Source: Kiritimatiellia bacterium
GTDB lineage: Bacteria; Verrucomicrobiota; Kiritimatiellia; RFP12; UBA1067
Length of the DNA: 61,254 nt
Direction: 5' to 3'
Assembly: GCA_045630425.1 (NCBI GenBank)
Contig: JAZQTB010000079.1
Span: 1-61,254, forward strand
Part shown: piece by piece, positions 1 through 7,358 of the stretch
Numbering within the stretch: position 1 is the first letter of the stretch
Layout: each line of letters opens with the position of its first letter
Made by a program: the position numbers and the translations under genes
The notes under the pieces: generated by a model
The model's input: only the letters and a program-made list of their open reading frames with translations
Databases searched by the model: none
What the model was told of the DNA's origin: nothing

Positions 1-19
1 TTATCCGCGCTTATACGAT

Positions 20-1381
20 GTGGAATTTATTGGGAAAAGTTTGCAATGTACGAATCAAGGTTCGTCAGTTTCGGCTGTTGCCTCGCCGAACGATTTTATT
101 CAAGAGGAGTTTGGTGCGATAGTTGATGTTTCGGTTGATGATTCAGCCGATAGGAAGATGCTTTTTGTTCAGTTGCGCGCATATCTTCGTGACAGTCCTG
201 AGTGGAAAGACTTCGCATGCAAGGCGCATCGTCAGCGTGGCTTAGACTCTGATTTTAAAATGGAGCTTCCGTTTACTCCTCTTCGTATGGAAATTGATTC
301 CAGTTTTTATGTTCATTCGGGTGAAACGGTGGTTTTAGGTGGTCTGACAGATGCTCACGACAAAAAGAGCGATGTGCTTGTTTTGATGTTCGCGACTATG
401 CGTGTTTTGGATGAATATGGAAAAGAAGATAAATCATATGGTAAGTCAATGTCGTGCGGAAAGGAAGTGTGGCGCGAATATCCGTCTTCCGGGATGAAGG
501 CCGTATCGTATTTTTGCGCGAAATCCAGTATTGAATCGGATTCTTTCTCCACAGAGAAGCCGAAGGTATTGAAGTCTGAAATAATTGCAAAGCGAATTGA
601 AGAATGGAAAGCCTTTTTTACCGAAGAATGGGGCGTGCAATGGCCGGAAGGGTCGTCGTTAAAGGATCTCAGCGGTTCCTTGTCTTTAATGTGGTTTAAA
701 AATACGCCTGAAAACATTGCGAAAATAACAGAGGGCTTTGAAGGTATTGTAAAGAGCCGACGGGTAGAAATGGATGTTTGCTGTATTGAAGCCGATGAAA
801 AATTACTTAAGGCTGTAGATTATTATAGTTCTAATCGGGTTGATGCCGCGACATTGCAAAAGCGTCTAATCGCGCATAGTGACGCGAAACTTATTGCGGA
901 TTCCCATTTAATAATGGATCAAGGTTTTGAGCAACTTGTTAAAAGCACTATGGTGTATAGATATCCAGATTACGATACGATCTTCGATAACATATCGTCA
1001 AATCAAACAGATAATGCCAAAAATAAATGGATTGGAATCTTAGATATAGATGAAAAAGAGTGTGGTGTTATTATTGAAAAAGAGTGTGGTGTTATTATTG
1101 AGCCGCTGGTTTCGAGGAGGCGTTCTGCTGAAGATATTTGTGATGTCGAATTGCGTGTAAATATACAAGGCGAGCCAAGGTGGAAAAGTTTTGGTGTCAA
1201 GGCGATAGGCTCGGCGTCGTATGGTATAACAATGGAGTTACCATCTTTTTCGCGTCGTGCCGCGTTTGATACGAAGTTTACTGTTAAATCGGGTGTGACA
1301 TCAGTATTCACTGAAAGCGTGATAGACGCAATCGGCAGTCGTAAGACAATTTTTATCTTTTGCACACCTCACTTGCGATAA
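20..1381 (+). CDS. hypothetical protein with two degenerate secretin-like modules; the 5' end may lie outside the window
   Basis: 453-aa ORF starting at GTG 20, with the frame open back to nt 2. The translation shows an internal duplication: FGAIVDVSVDD..MELPFTPLRMEIDSSFYVHSGETVVLGGL..VLVLMFATMRVL versus CGVIIEPLVSRR..MELPSFSRRAAFDTKFTVKSGVTSVFTES..TIFIFCTPHL. Both halves resemble the C-terminal end of secretin domains (dG.tvvlGGL ... llifvTPriv). The region is AT-richer than the core. Confidence 0.5.
   Translation: MEFIGKSLQCTNQGSSVSAVASPNDFIQEEFGAIVDVSVDDSADRKMLFVQLRAYLRDSPEWKDFACKAHRQRGLDSDFKMELPFTPLRMEIDSSFYVHSGETVVLGGLTDAHDKKSDVLVLMFATMRVLDEYGKEDKSYGKSMSCGKEVWREYPSSGMKAVSYFCAKSSIESDSFSTEKPKVLKSEIIAKRIEEWKAFFTEEWGVQWPEGSSLKDLSGSLSLMWFKNTPENIAKITEGFEGIVKSRRVEMDVCCIEADEKLLKAVDYYSSNRVDAATLQKRLIAHSDAKLIADSHLIMDQGFEQLVKSTMVYRYPDYDTIFDNISSNQTDNAKNKWIGILDIDEKECGVIIEKECGVIIEPLVSRRRSAEDICDVELRVNIQGEPRWKSFGVKAIGSASYGITMELPSFSRRAAFDTKFTVKSGVTSVFTESVIDAIGSRKTIFIFCTPHLR
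1052..1099 (+). repeat. perfect 24-bp in-frame tandem duplication
   Basis: gaaaaagagtgtggtgttattatt occurs at 1052-1075 and again at 1076-1099. It encodes EKECGVII twice inside the ORF 20..1381. Confidence 0.95.
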
Positions 1382-1415
1382 TGTAGAATTTTACGAGCGA
1401 GTTAGGCGAAAATTA

Positions 1416-1424
1416 TGATATACT
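1416..1424 (+). promoter_or_regulatory. extended -10 promoter element (TGATATACT)
   Basis: Matches TGnTAnnnT about 44 nt upstream of ATG 1468. No good -35 hexamer. It is followed by ttgcccgaaa, as at the abiEi promoter. Confidence 0.35.
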
Positions 1425-1467
1425 TTTTGCCCGAAAAGGTTCTTGGTGTTCGTATAAGAGGAGAAAT

Positions 1468-2655
1468 ATGAAAAAATTAAACACTCTATTTTGTATTTTA
1501 TTATTAGCGGGATTTTCGTTCGCGAATCCTGAGCCTGTTAATGTTCCTGAATTGATGCAAACATTCGCAGGTGAAAAGATAACTTCTAAAGCTGAGTGGG
1601 AGAGTATACGCGCTCCTGAATTATTAGAAAAGTTCACGACAGAAGTTTATGGTCGTAGGCCTAAGGTCCTTTTGGATGACAAAAGGATTAAGTTTGAACT
1701 TATAGATACGTGTGATGCGATGAAGGGTATGGCCATTCGAAAGTTGGTTCGTTGTCGTTACAAAGGTCCTTTAGGTGAGTTTATCTTTCCCTTTACAGTT
1801 TTTATACCTAAAAAAGATTATCCAGTGCCAGCATTCGTTTTCATTTGCAATCGCCCAGCCGAAAACGTTGATCCAACTAGAGCTAAAAAAAGTCAATTTT
1901 GGCCAGCGGAGCAAATTGTATCGCGAGGATACGCTACAGCAACATTTTTATTTTCAGATATAGCTGCCGATAATAATATTAATGCGGGTTTTGATCAGGG
2001 GATATTTTCAGTTGTAGAGAAGTCGTCTGAGCGTATAAATGAATCATGGGCTTCGCTTTCTGCTTGGGCGTGGGCTGCATCACGTATTATGGATTGGATT
2101 GAAAAAGAGCCGTTGATCAATTCTAAGCGTGTAGGCGTTGTCGGGCATTCTCGCGGCGGTAAGACAGCGCTTTGGACAGCTGTAACTGATAAGCGATTTG
2201 CGATGACATGCGTAAACAATTCAGGGTGCGGAGGAACGAAGCTTAATCACATAAATCTACCTAAGTCTGAGTCGATTGCTAGAATAACTAAGGTTTACCC
2301 TTATTGGTTTAGCTCTAATTACAAAAAATATGCGAATAAAGAAATGTCGATGGACTTTGATACACATCAATTAGCTGCGCTTGTAGCTCCGCGTCTTTTA
2401 GCGATAGCGAGCGCGAGTAAAGATGATTGGGCTGGTCAGTTAGGAGAGTGGTGGTGCGCTAAGTTAGCATCGCCCGCATGGGAGCTTTATGGTAAGAAGG
2501 GCTTAGTAGCTGATAAGATGCCTAACGTAGGCGAAGCTCAGCAAGAAGGCTCCATATCATATCATTATCGCGAAGGTAAGCACAATCTTAATCTTCACGA
2601 TTGGAATAGGTACATGGATTTTGCCGACAAACACGGTTGGCGCACGAATCCTTAA
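1468..2655 (+). CDS. secreted CE15-type glucuronoyl esterase-like serine hydrolase
   Basis: RBS agaggag precedes the ATG. Signal peptide MKKLNTLFCILLLAGFSFA. Nucleophile motif VGHSRGGKTALW, like the bacterial CE15 GHSRxGK motif. C-terminal YHYREGKHNLNLHDW, like the CE15 R.G.H...DW histidine region. Confidence 0.7.
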   Translation: MKKLNTLFCILLLAGFSFANPEPVNVPELMQTFAGEKITSKAEWESIRAPELLEKFTTEVYGRRPKVLLDDKRIKFELIDTCDAMKGMAIRKLVRCRYKGPLGEFIFPFTVFIPKKDYPVPAFVFICNRPAENVDPTRAKKSQFWPAEQIVSRGYATATFLFSDIAADNNINAGFDQGIFSVVEKSSERINESWASLSAWAWAASRIMDWIEKEPLINSKRVGVVGHSRGGKTALWTAVTDKRFAMTCVNNSGCGGTKLNHINLPKSESIARITKVYPYWFSSNYKKYANKEMSMDFDTHQLAALVAPRLLAIASASKDDWAGQLGEWWCAKLASPAWELYGKKGLVADKMPNVGEAQQEGSISYHYREGKHNLNLHDWNRYMDFADKHGWRTNP

Positions 2656-2718
2656 CGGACACCGAAAGGGTTACGAAAGTTTCCTTTGGATAAAATAACC
2701 GCAAGAATTCCATAATAC

Positions 2719-2850
2719 TTTTGATTTTTTAGTAGATGCCTTCGGCATTGGGGGGCTGGGGTGCAACCCCAGTTATAAAATAAAACAATAGAGTAGTAAC
2801 AGTATAGCGGTTGGAATGTGCGAAGCTTTTAGCCGGAACGGTAGTGGAGG
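2719..2850 (+). repeat. structured intergenic element, copy A
   Basis: ttgatttt..atgccttcggcat..ctggggtgcaaccccagttataaaa..gcggttggaatgtgcgaagc..ccggaacggtag aligns with copy B at 3025-3156. It contains hairpins atgcc/ggcat (2736-2748) and ctgggg/ccccag (2756-2772). Confidence 0.8.
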
Positions 2851-3002
2851 CCATTTGAACAACCATCGGAGTTTATAAAACTAAGCGCAGCGCAAAATAA
2901 TAAACTCTATTTCTTCTTCTGTTAGATTAGTAATTAACTCCGATAGGTTCCGATGAGTTTCGCTAACGCTTCACTTTAGAGGCTTCGCGCATTCTAACCG
3001 CT
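2806..3002 (+). repeat. long imperfect inverted repeat, possibly a plus-strand RNA hairpin
   Basis: The outer arms are 2806-2826 (agcggttggaatgtgcgaagc) and 2982-3002 (gcttcgcgcattctaaccgct), pairing at 19/21 positions. Both mismatches become G-U wobbles only in a plus-strand transcript. The inner arms are a perfect 9-bp pair, atcggagtt (2866-2874) with aactccgat (2936-2944). Confidence 0.75.
2863..2916 (+). repeat. 54-nt direct repeat, left copy
   Basis: ccatcggagtttataaaactaagcgcagcgcaaaataataaactctatttcttc matches 11794-11847 at 52 of 54 positions. Weaker similarity extends about 28 nt upstream. Confidence 0.9.
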
Positions 3003-3024
3003 TTGCAGTAAGCTTTACTTTTAC

Positions 3025-3156
3025 TTGATTTTATATATGCCTTCGGCATTTGGGTATGGGGTCTGAGGTGCAAGCCCAGTTATAAAAGATGATACAAGGT
3101 TGTAAAAGAGTGACGGTTGGATTGTGCGAAGCAATAAGGCGAAACGGAGATGCGCC
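3025..3156 (+). repeat. structured intergenic element, copy B
   Basis: ttgatttt..atgccttcggcat (3037-3049)..ctgaggtgcaagcccagttataaaa..gacggttggattgtgcgaagc..gcgaaacggag. It lies about 300 nt downstream of copy A in the same orientation. Confidence 0.8.
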
Positions 3157-3213
3157 TGCGACGAAGTCGTCGGGTTGGGTGCGAGCGCCGCGCTTTTATT
3201 ATATGAGTTAAAG

Positions 3214-3222
3214 TGGTATAAT
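3214..3222 (+). promoter_or_regulatory. extended -10 promoter element (TGGTATAAT)
   Basis: Perfect TGnTATAAT about 120 nt upstream of ATG 3342. No convincing -35 hexamer. Confidence 0.35.
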
Positions 3223-3288
3223 TGGCAGTGATGATGATGGATGATTATAAAATCTCTCGATAACTTCCAAAGAACGGAGGGGTGTAAA

Positions 3289-3345
3289 ATGATTTCACCC
3301 CACCACTCTCACCTCACCAATGGGGACCCGAGGATTCGATTATGA
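3289..3345 (+). CDS. possible 18-aa leader ORF (MISPHHSHLTNGDPRIRL)
   Basis: RBS ggagg at 3276-3280 sits 8 nt before ATG 3289. Its stop TGA 3343-3345 overlaps ATG 3342 of the next gene. Hairpin ggggtg/cacccc (3279-3301) encloses its start codon. Confidence 0.25.
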   Translation: MISPHHSHLTNGDPRIRL

Positions 3346-4691
3346 AGAAGATTGCGAAATTCGTATTCAATACGGCGTACGGGCCGTTTGTCGCGTGGTG
3401 TTGCAACGCGTTGTTGCTGTTCGCGGCGTATGCAATATCGCCGCCGCTCGGCAGGTTCGGGGCTACGATGGTCAATATGATGTTAGTCGTACAGGTATTG
3501 GCGGCGATAGTATGGCTGATTGCATTGTTCATTTCGTTCAACGAGCATGAGTGGGTGCGGGCACTTGTGCAATTCTTTCTTGGCATTGCAGGACTGTTCC
3601 TGTTCGGATTTGGGTTGACCTTTGCATTTATGGCGCATGGAGTCGTTGCCCACGCGGCGTCAAGTGGCTATGCTGAGGTTAGAAGCGCAAGTGTGACGAA
3701 CGAGACCAGCGCGCTTGAGTTTGCTATCGAGTATCGTCCGGCGCATCCGTTCCTCGCGGAATACGACAAGACCATTGTGTTCAAGTCCGGCAAGCGCATT
3801 GGCGTCTGGATGGACACGGGCGGAGCGGGGCCGTTCGCGGTTTATCGTCTTCCGGCAGGGGAATACTATCTCGTGGATGGACTGGAACATGACTTTATAC
3901 GCAACGACTACCGCGTCAACATAACGAATGAAACAGTGGAGATGATGTGCGATAAAACATGGGTGAATATCCCTGAAGGTGCACTCAAGGTCGTCGGCGG
4001 GGGAAATGACTCGATTTCGGTCGAGACGGCGGACGGCGAAAGGTGGGTGGATGGTGGAATGCCGGTTGGGGATTCGCTGAAAGGCCGCAGCTATCTTGGG
4101 CTTCTCTACCCGAGCGGAAGGTTTGATCCTGACGAGGGTGATCCATTTGTGGACATCATCGAGCCAAAGTGGAAAACCGTTAAACTGGCTGGCGGCGAAG
4201 TTCCGTTCTCGCTTGAATGCAGGCGTTGGAAAGGTTCTCGTTGCTACCGCCTGGCGTTTGCTTCGGGGGCGAGAATTGCGCTTGGCAACTGCATAGGGGA
4301 GACCGGCTATTCGCTCTATGCGCTTGAGGACGGGCGCTATCATTTGTTCACTGCAGGACAGGAGGATATCTTGCGGCGCAATGAATGGCGTATCGACGCT
4401 ACGGAAGAATCGGTCGAAGTCATGTTCAAGGATCGTTGGAACAAATACGGGGATTTGTGGGTGAAGATACCACGTGGAGCGACCTCCGCCAATAGTGGCA
4501 TCGGCATCAGCGGAGGTGAAGACGGCAAGCCGCTCAGCGTTTCAATCGATGTCAATACGGAAGGAGGAAAGGTGACGGGACATGATTTTACGCCTGTCGG
4601 CGAAACGCTTGCGAATGAAAAATTCCTCGGGACGTTCCATCCGCCAGATGACAATCCGCGCTCAAAAAGTCATAAGCGGGAAAGGAAATAA
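3342..4691 (+). CDS. membrane protein of unknown function with duplicated extracytoplasmic module
   Basis: RBS gagga precedes the ATG. There are about 3 hydrophobic helices in the first ~105 aa. Two homologous modules follow: YRLPAGEYYLVDGLEHDFIRNDYRVNITNETVEMMCDKTWVNIPEGA versus YALEDGRYHLFTAGQEDILRRNEWRIDATEESVEVMFKDRW..VKIPRGA. Each module ends with G[DE][ST]L...[YF]LG. Confidence 0.7.
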   Translation: MKKIAKFVFNTAYGPFVAWCCNALLLFAAYAISPPLGRFGATMVNMMLVVQVLAAIVWLIALFISFNEHEWVRALVQFFLGIAGLFLFGFGLTFAFMAHGVVAHAASSGYAEVRSASVTNETSALEFAIEYRPAHPFLAEYDKTIVFKSGKRIGVWMDTGGAGPFAVYRLPAGEYYLVDGLEHDFIRNDYRVNITNETVEMMCDKTWVNIPEGALKVVGGGNDSISVETADGERWVDGGMPVGDSLKGRSYLGLLYPSGRFDPDEGDPFVDIIEPKWKTVKLAGGEVPFSLECRRWKGSRCYRLAFASGARIALGNCIGETGYSLYALEDGRYHLFTAGQEDILRRNEWRIDATEESVEVMFKDRWNKYGDLWVKIPRGATSANSGIGISGGEDGKPLSVSIDVNTEGGKVTGHDFTPVGETLANEKFLGTFHPPDDNPRSKSHKRERK

Positions 4692-4695
4692 CGAA

Positions 4696-4763
4696 ATGAA
4701 TGCGAGAATGGGATTTGCCATAGAAAAAAACGAACGGAGTAACCAATGAAACCATTTGCATGA
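4696..4763 (+). other. two degenerate lipoprotein-leader remnants
   Basis: ATG 4696 encodes MNARMGFAIEKNERSNQ*, similar to MNMRKRFARIVAG at 7355 and MNTRMMFARAVAG at 7912. ATG 4746 encodes MKPFA*, whose DNA atgaaaccatttgca matches 7218 and resembles 9113. Confidence 0.45.
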
Positions 4764-4775
4764 ATCGTCGGGAAA

Positions 4776-4825
4776 TGTTGCCAATGTGGAAGTGTTGCCA
4801 ATGACAATGTTGCCAATTGCCAATG
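4776..4825 (+). repeat. array of TGTTGCCAAT(G) direct repeats
   Basis: tgttgccaatg occurs at 4776-4786 and 4793-4803, tgttgccaatt at 4808-4818, and tgccaatg at 4818-4825. The array sits immediately upstream of and into the start region of the next ORF. Confidence 0.9.
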
Positions 4826-5266
4826 AGTTTTAGCCGCAAAGAACGCAAAGGACGCAAAGAAAGGAAAACGAAGGTGAAGTTGAGAAATCCTCACTGGTTG
4901 AAGTCACTTGCAATACATGCGTTGACACTGATAGTTGCAACATTCATAGGGCTTGTCATCATTGGCAATGGAGAGGCCCCTGGATTGATAGGAACTTCCT
5001 TGTGGGTGGCATTGATAAGTCCGTTGGTATATCCGCTGGTCGGACCATATATGGTGGCGTTCTTGCTTGTTACGCATATAGCAGTTCTGAGCTTTTTATT
5101 TTGGGGCGTTGTCATTATGTCGTATGCGGCGTATTTCATGCTTCTCCTTGGGGCGATACTGGAAAAGGATAGGGCAGTTCGTGTCGGCCTTTGCATAGTG
5201 TTGGCAGTATGGTTTATTTTGACGCTCTTTGGTTTTTCAGAGTGGGCGATGTATTGGAGCGTGTAA
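4823..5266 (+). CDS. small polytopic membrane protein, unknown function
   Basis: About 4 hydrophobic helices (LAIHALTLIVATFIGLVII, LWVALISPLVYPLVGPYMVAFLLV, and others). The start is uncertain: TTG 4817, ATG 4823, or GTG 4874 preceded by aagga. Confidence 0.6.
   Translation: MSFSRKERKGRKERKTKVKLRNPHWLKSLAIHALTLIVATFIGLVIIGNGEAPGLIGTSLWVALISPLVYPLVGPYMVAFLLVTHIAVLSFLFWGVVIMSYAAYFMLLLGAILEKDRAVRVGLCIVLAVWFILTLFGFSEWAMYWSV
4835..4861 (+). repeat. 9-bp tandem repeat x3 (cgcaaagaa / cgcaaagga / cgcaaagaa)
   Basis: Three consecutive 9-mers. If translated they encode RKERKGRKE in the N-terminal extension of the 4817/4823 ORF. Confidence 0.9.
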
Positions 5267-5287
5267 CGACAAATTGAAGAAAGTAAT

Positions 5288-5467
5288 ATGGCGATGAAGA
5301 AAATAATGATGACGGCGCTTTTCGCGGCGATGGTCGCGCTGGCGGGATGTTGTGCCGCAAAGAAAAGCGCGGAATCCATCGGAATTATCGGCGGTGAAGA
5401 CGGCCCGACTGCGATATGGATGACAACGCGATTTCCGTGGAGCAAGGATTGTCCGCAGGAGAAATGA
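5288..5467 (+). CDS. 59-aa lipoprotein, below the 60-aa cutoff of the ORF track
   Basis: [59 protein letters not shown]. It has a lipobox LAGC. Its mature N-terminus [17 protein letters not shown] is homologous to AESIGVIGGADAPTAVW of the 7355 lipoprotein. Its stop overlaps the ATG at 5464. Confidence 0.6.
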   Translation: MAMKKIMMTALFAAMVALAGCCAAKKSAESIGIIGGEDGPTAIWMTTRFPWSKDCPQEK

Positions 5468-5733
5468 TGCGCAGATTGACGACAGACGATTATGCGGTTG
5501 ACGCGGTGACGATGGCGAAGGCGCTTGTCGGCGCGTGGCTGTGCCGCCGGCAGGAGGACGGCAGCGTCGTGCGGCGGCGCATCACCGAGACGGAGGCGTA
5601 CTGCGGCGAGGAAGACACGGCCTGCCATGCGCACAAAGGGCGCACGGCGCGGACGGATGTGATGTACGCTTCCAAGCGAGACCAAAACCGCAAGTGGCGC
5701 TTTACGCTTAAGAATCCAATGACAAACGGGTAA
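5464..5733 (+). pseudogene. mpg: 5' fragment of a DNA-3-methyladenine glycosylase (Mpg/AAG family) gene
   Basis: [61 protein letters not shown] matches the N-terminal ~70 aa of Mpg (..IVETEAY.G..D.A.HA..G.T.RN.VMF). Family similarity ends near nt 5670. The frame then runs into unrelated sequence and stops at 5733. Full-length proteins are about 190-200 aa. Confidence 0.6.
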
Positions 5734-5748
5734 TATGTATGATATAAT
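5719..5748 (+). promoter_or_regulatory. sigma70-type promoter of abiEi-abiEii
   Basis: -35 aTGACA at 5719-5724, an 18-nt spacer, and extended -10 TGaTATAAT at 5740-5748. RBS gaggaagg precedes GTG 5773. Confidence 0.5.
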
Positions 5749-5772
5749 ATTGCCCGAAAGTGAGGAAGGGCA

Positions 5773-6354
5773 GTGTTCAAGATTGGTGAATATTTTAAGG
5801 AAAATGACTTTCTGCGCGTTGCGGACGCAGAAAAGATGGGGATTTCCCGTGCTGTGTTGTCACAGATGGCGAAGAGCGGGGAGTTGCAGCGTGTTGCGCA
5901 TGGCGTGTACGCCAGGACAGATGCGGTGCCGGACGAACTTGCGCTGATCGGCATGCGGTCGGACAATATCGTCTTTTCCCACGAAACCGCGCTGAATCTG
6001 CTTGGACTTTCCAATCGGATTCCGGCAATGCCGTCCATCACGATTCCTTATGGCGGATCGGTTCCGCACAGCATCGCGAGCGCGGTAAACGCCTACAGGA
6101 TAAGGCCGGAGTTGCACGATCTAGGCAGAGGGACGGAAGAGACGTTCATGGGGAACGAGGTGGCTTGCTACGACCGCGAACGGACGATTTGCGACATAAT
6201 CCGCTCGTACTCGCGCATGGATGTGGAGACGTATGCGAACGCGATAAGGAACTATGCGGGGAGCAGGGAGAAAAATATTCCGCAATTGGTCTCATACGCG
6301 CAGGCTATGGGCATCGAGCGCAAGGTCCTCAAGGTCATGGAGGTGCTTGTGTGA
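5773..6354 (+). CDS. abiEi: AbiEi-family antitoxin (type IV toxin-antitoxin system)
   Basis: The N-terminal wHTH (FLRVADAEKMGISRAVLSQMAKSGELQRVAHGVYA) and the middle region (VFSHETALNLLGLSNRIP) are typical of AbiEi_4 antitoxins. It sits directly upstream of and overlapping an AbiEii gene. Confidence 0.8.
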   Translation: MFKIGEYFKENDFLRVADAEKMGISRAVLSQMAKSGELQRVAHGVYARTDAVPDELALIGMRSDNIVFSHETALNLLGLSNRIPAMPSITIPYGGSVPHSIASAVNAYRIRPELHDLGRGTEETFMGNEVACYDRERTICDIIRSYSRMDVETYANAIRNYAGSREKNIPQLVSYAQAMGIERKVLKVMEVLV

Positions 6355-6374
6355 GCGGCGATACGGCCAGGTCG

Positions 6375-7202
6375 ATGAGTGTCAGGGCAAGAATCAACAA
6401 TCTTGCGAAGGAACTGGGTATTGCGCCGCAGCATGCGCTCCAAAGGTACTTCACGGAAAGATTTCTCGCGAGAATCGCCGCGTCGCCGTACGCGAACAAT
6501 CTCGCCATAAAGGGCGGTACGCTGATGAGCGCGATTCTCGGCGTTGCCCACCGCACGACAATGGATATCGACGCCACGATCATTGGCATGAAGGCGGATG
6601 AGGCGACGATTGAAAGAGTGGTGGCCGAAATCGCGGCGATTGAGGTTGGCGACGGTATTGTGTTCAAGGTAAAGCCGGTAGGTGCGGACACAATCCGCAA
6701 AGACGATGATTACGGCGGATACACAGTTGGGCTATTGGCGTCCGTCGGCACGATACGGTTGCCGATTGCGCTTGACGTGACGTTCGGGGACAAGATCACG
6801 CCAAGGGCCAGGAAAAGGAAGTTCACGCAGATTCTGGACGGAAGTTCGCATATTACAGTTTTGGCGTATACGGTCGAGACGGTTGTTGCGGAGAAGCTGC
6901 AAACCATTTTGTCGAGGGGTGCGGCGAATACGAGGCTGCGCGATTTCTACGACTTGCACATGCTGTGGGCACGGCGCGAGTTCAAGGCGGAGATTCTTGC
7001 CAAGGCCATAAGGAATACGTTTGCAAACCGGCACTCGGAAGAGTATTGGTCAAATCGTTTGCAAATCGTTGAATCCTTGAAAGTGTCGCAGCCGCTGGCG
7101 GAGCAATGGCAACGGTATTGCCGTAAGGCTCCATTTGCCAAAGACATAACGTATTTGCAGGTGGTAGAATCGATCAAAAACCTGATTGATGCGGCACAAT
7201 AA
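6375..7202 (+). CDS. abiEii: AbiEii/AbiGii-family nucleotidyltransferase toxin
   Basis: LAIKGGTLMS, RTTMDIDAT (NTase DxD), VAEKL and RLRDFYDL motifs, about 275 aa. An alternative GTG start at 6351 overlaps the abiEi stop. The listed ORF start at 6165 is an upstream extension overlapping abiEi. Confidence 0.85.
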   Translation: MSVRARINNLAKELGIAPQHALQRYFTERFLARIAASPYANNLAIKGGTLMSAILGVAHRTTMDIDATIIGMKADEATIERVVAEIAAIEVGDGIVFKVKPVGADTIRKDDDYGGYTVGLLASVGTIRLPIALDVTFGDKITPRARKRKFTQILDGSSHITVLAYTVETVVAEKLQTILSRGAANTRLRDFYDLHMLWARREFKAEILAKAIRNTFANRHSEEYWSNRLQIVESLKVSQPLAEQWQRYCRKAPFAKDITYLQVVESIKNLIDAAQ

Positions 7203-7217
7203 CCGAAGGCGCACCCC

Positions 7218-7358
7218 ATGAAACCATTTGCACGAATCAACTTGTCCTCCGTCTTGTCCTCAGTAGCCTTGGCGAAGGTGGACGCTCTGCGTAGGGGGAT
7301 CCTTGTCTCATCCCTCGCGCGAGAGGGGAGAGGAAATGCGAAAGGAGAAGCGAGATGA
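7218..7358 (+). other. 46-aa ORF made of a recycled signal-peptide leader
   Basis: MKPFARINLSSVLSSVALAKVDALRRGILVSSLAREGRGNAKGEAR. The DNA is homologous to the 5' end of the 9113 lipoprotein gene (MKLFARINLSSVALRRGILVSYLA..) with a ~33-nt insertion. Its stop TGA 7356-7358 overlaps ATG 7355. Confidence 0.4.

Noticed and set aside
4776-4861. Possible CRISPR array or minisatellite
   Set aside because: The repeat units are only 8-11 nt with 4-7 nt between them. That is far too short for CRISPR repeats and spacers, and no cas genes are present. I report them as short direct repeats instead.
6165-6374. Upstream extension of the abiEii ORF, and likewise 8987..9112 for the 9113 lipoprotein and 33005..33097 for the aro fusion
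   Set aside because: These extensions overlap the preceding genes and lack family similarity. Internal starts give canonical N-termini: the AbiEii MSVRARINNLAKE, the lipoprotein signal peptide, and the AroK P-loop.
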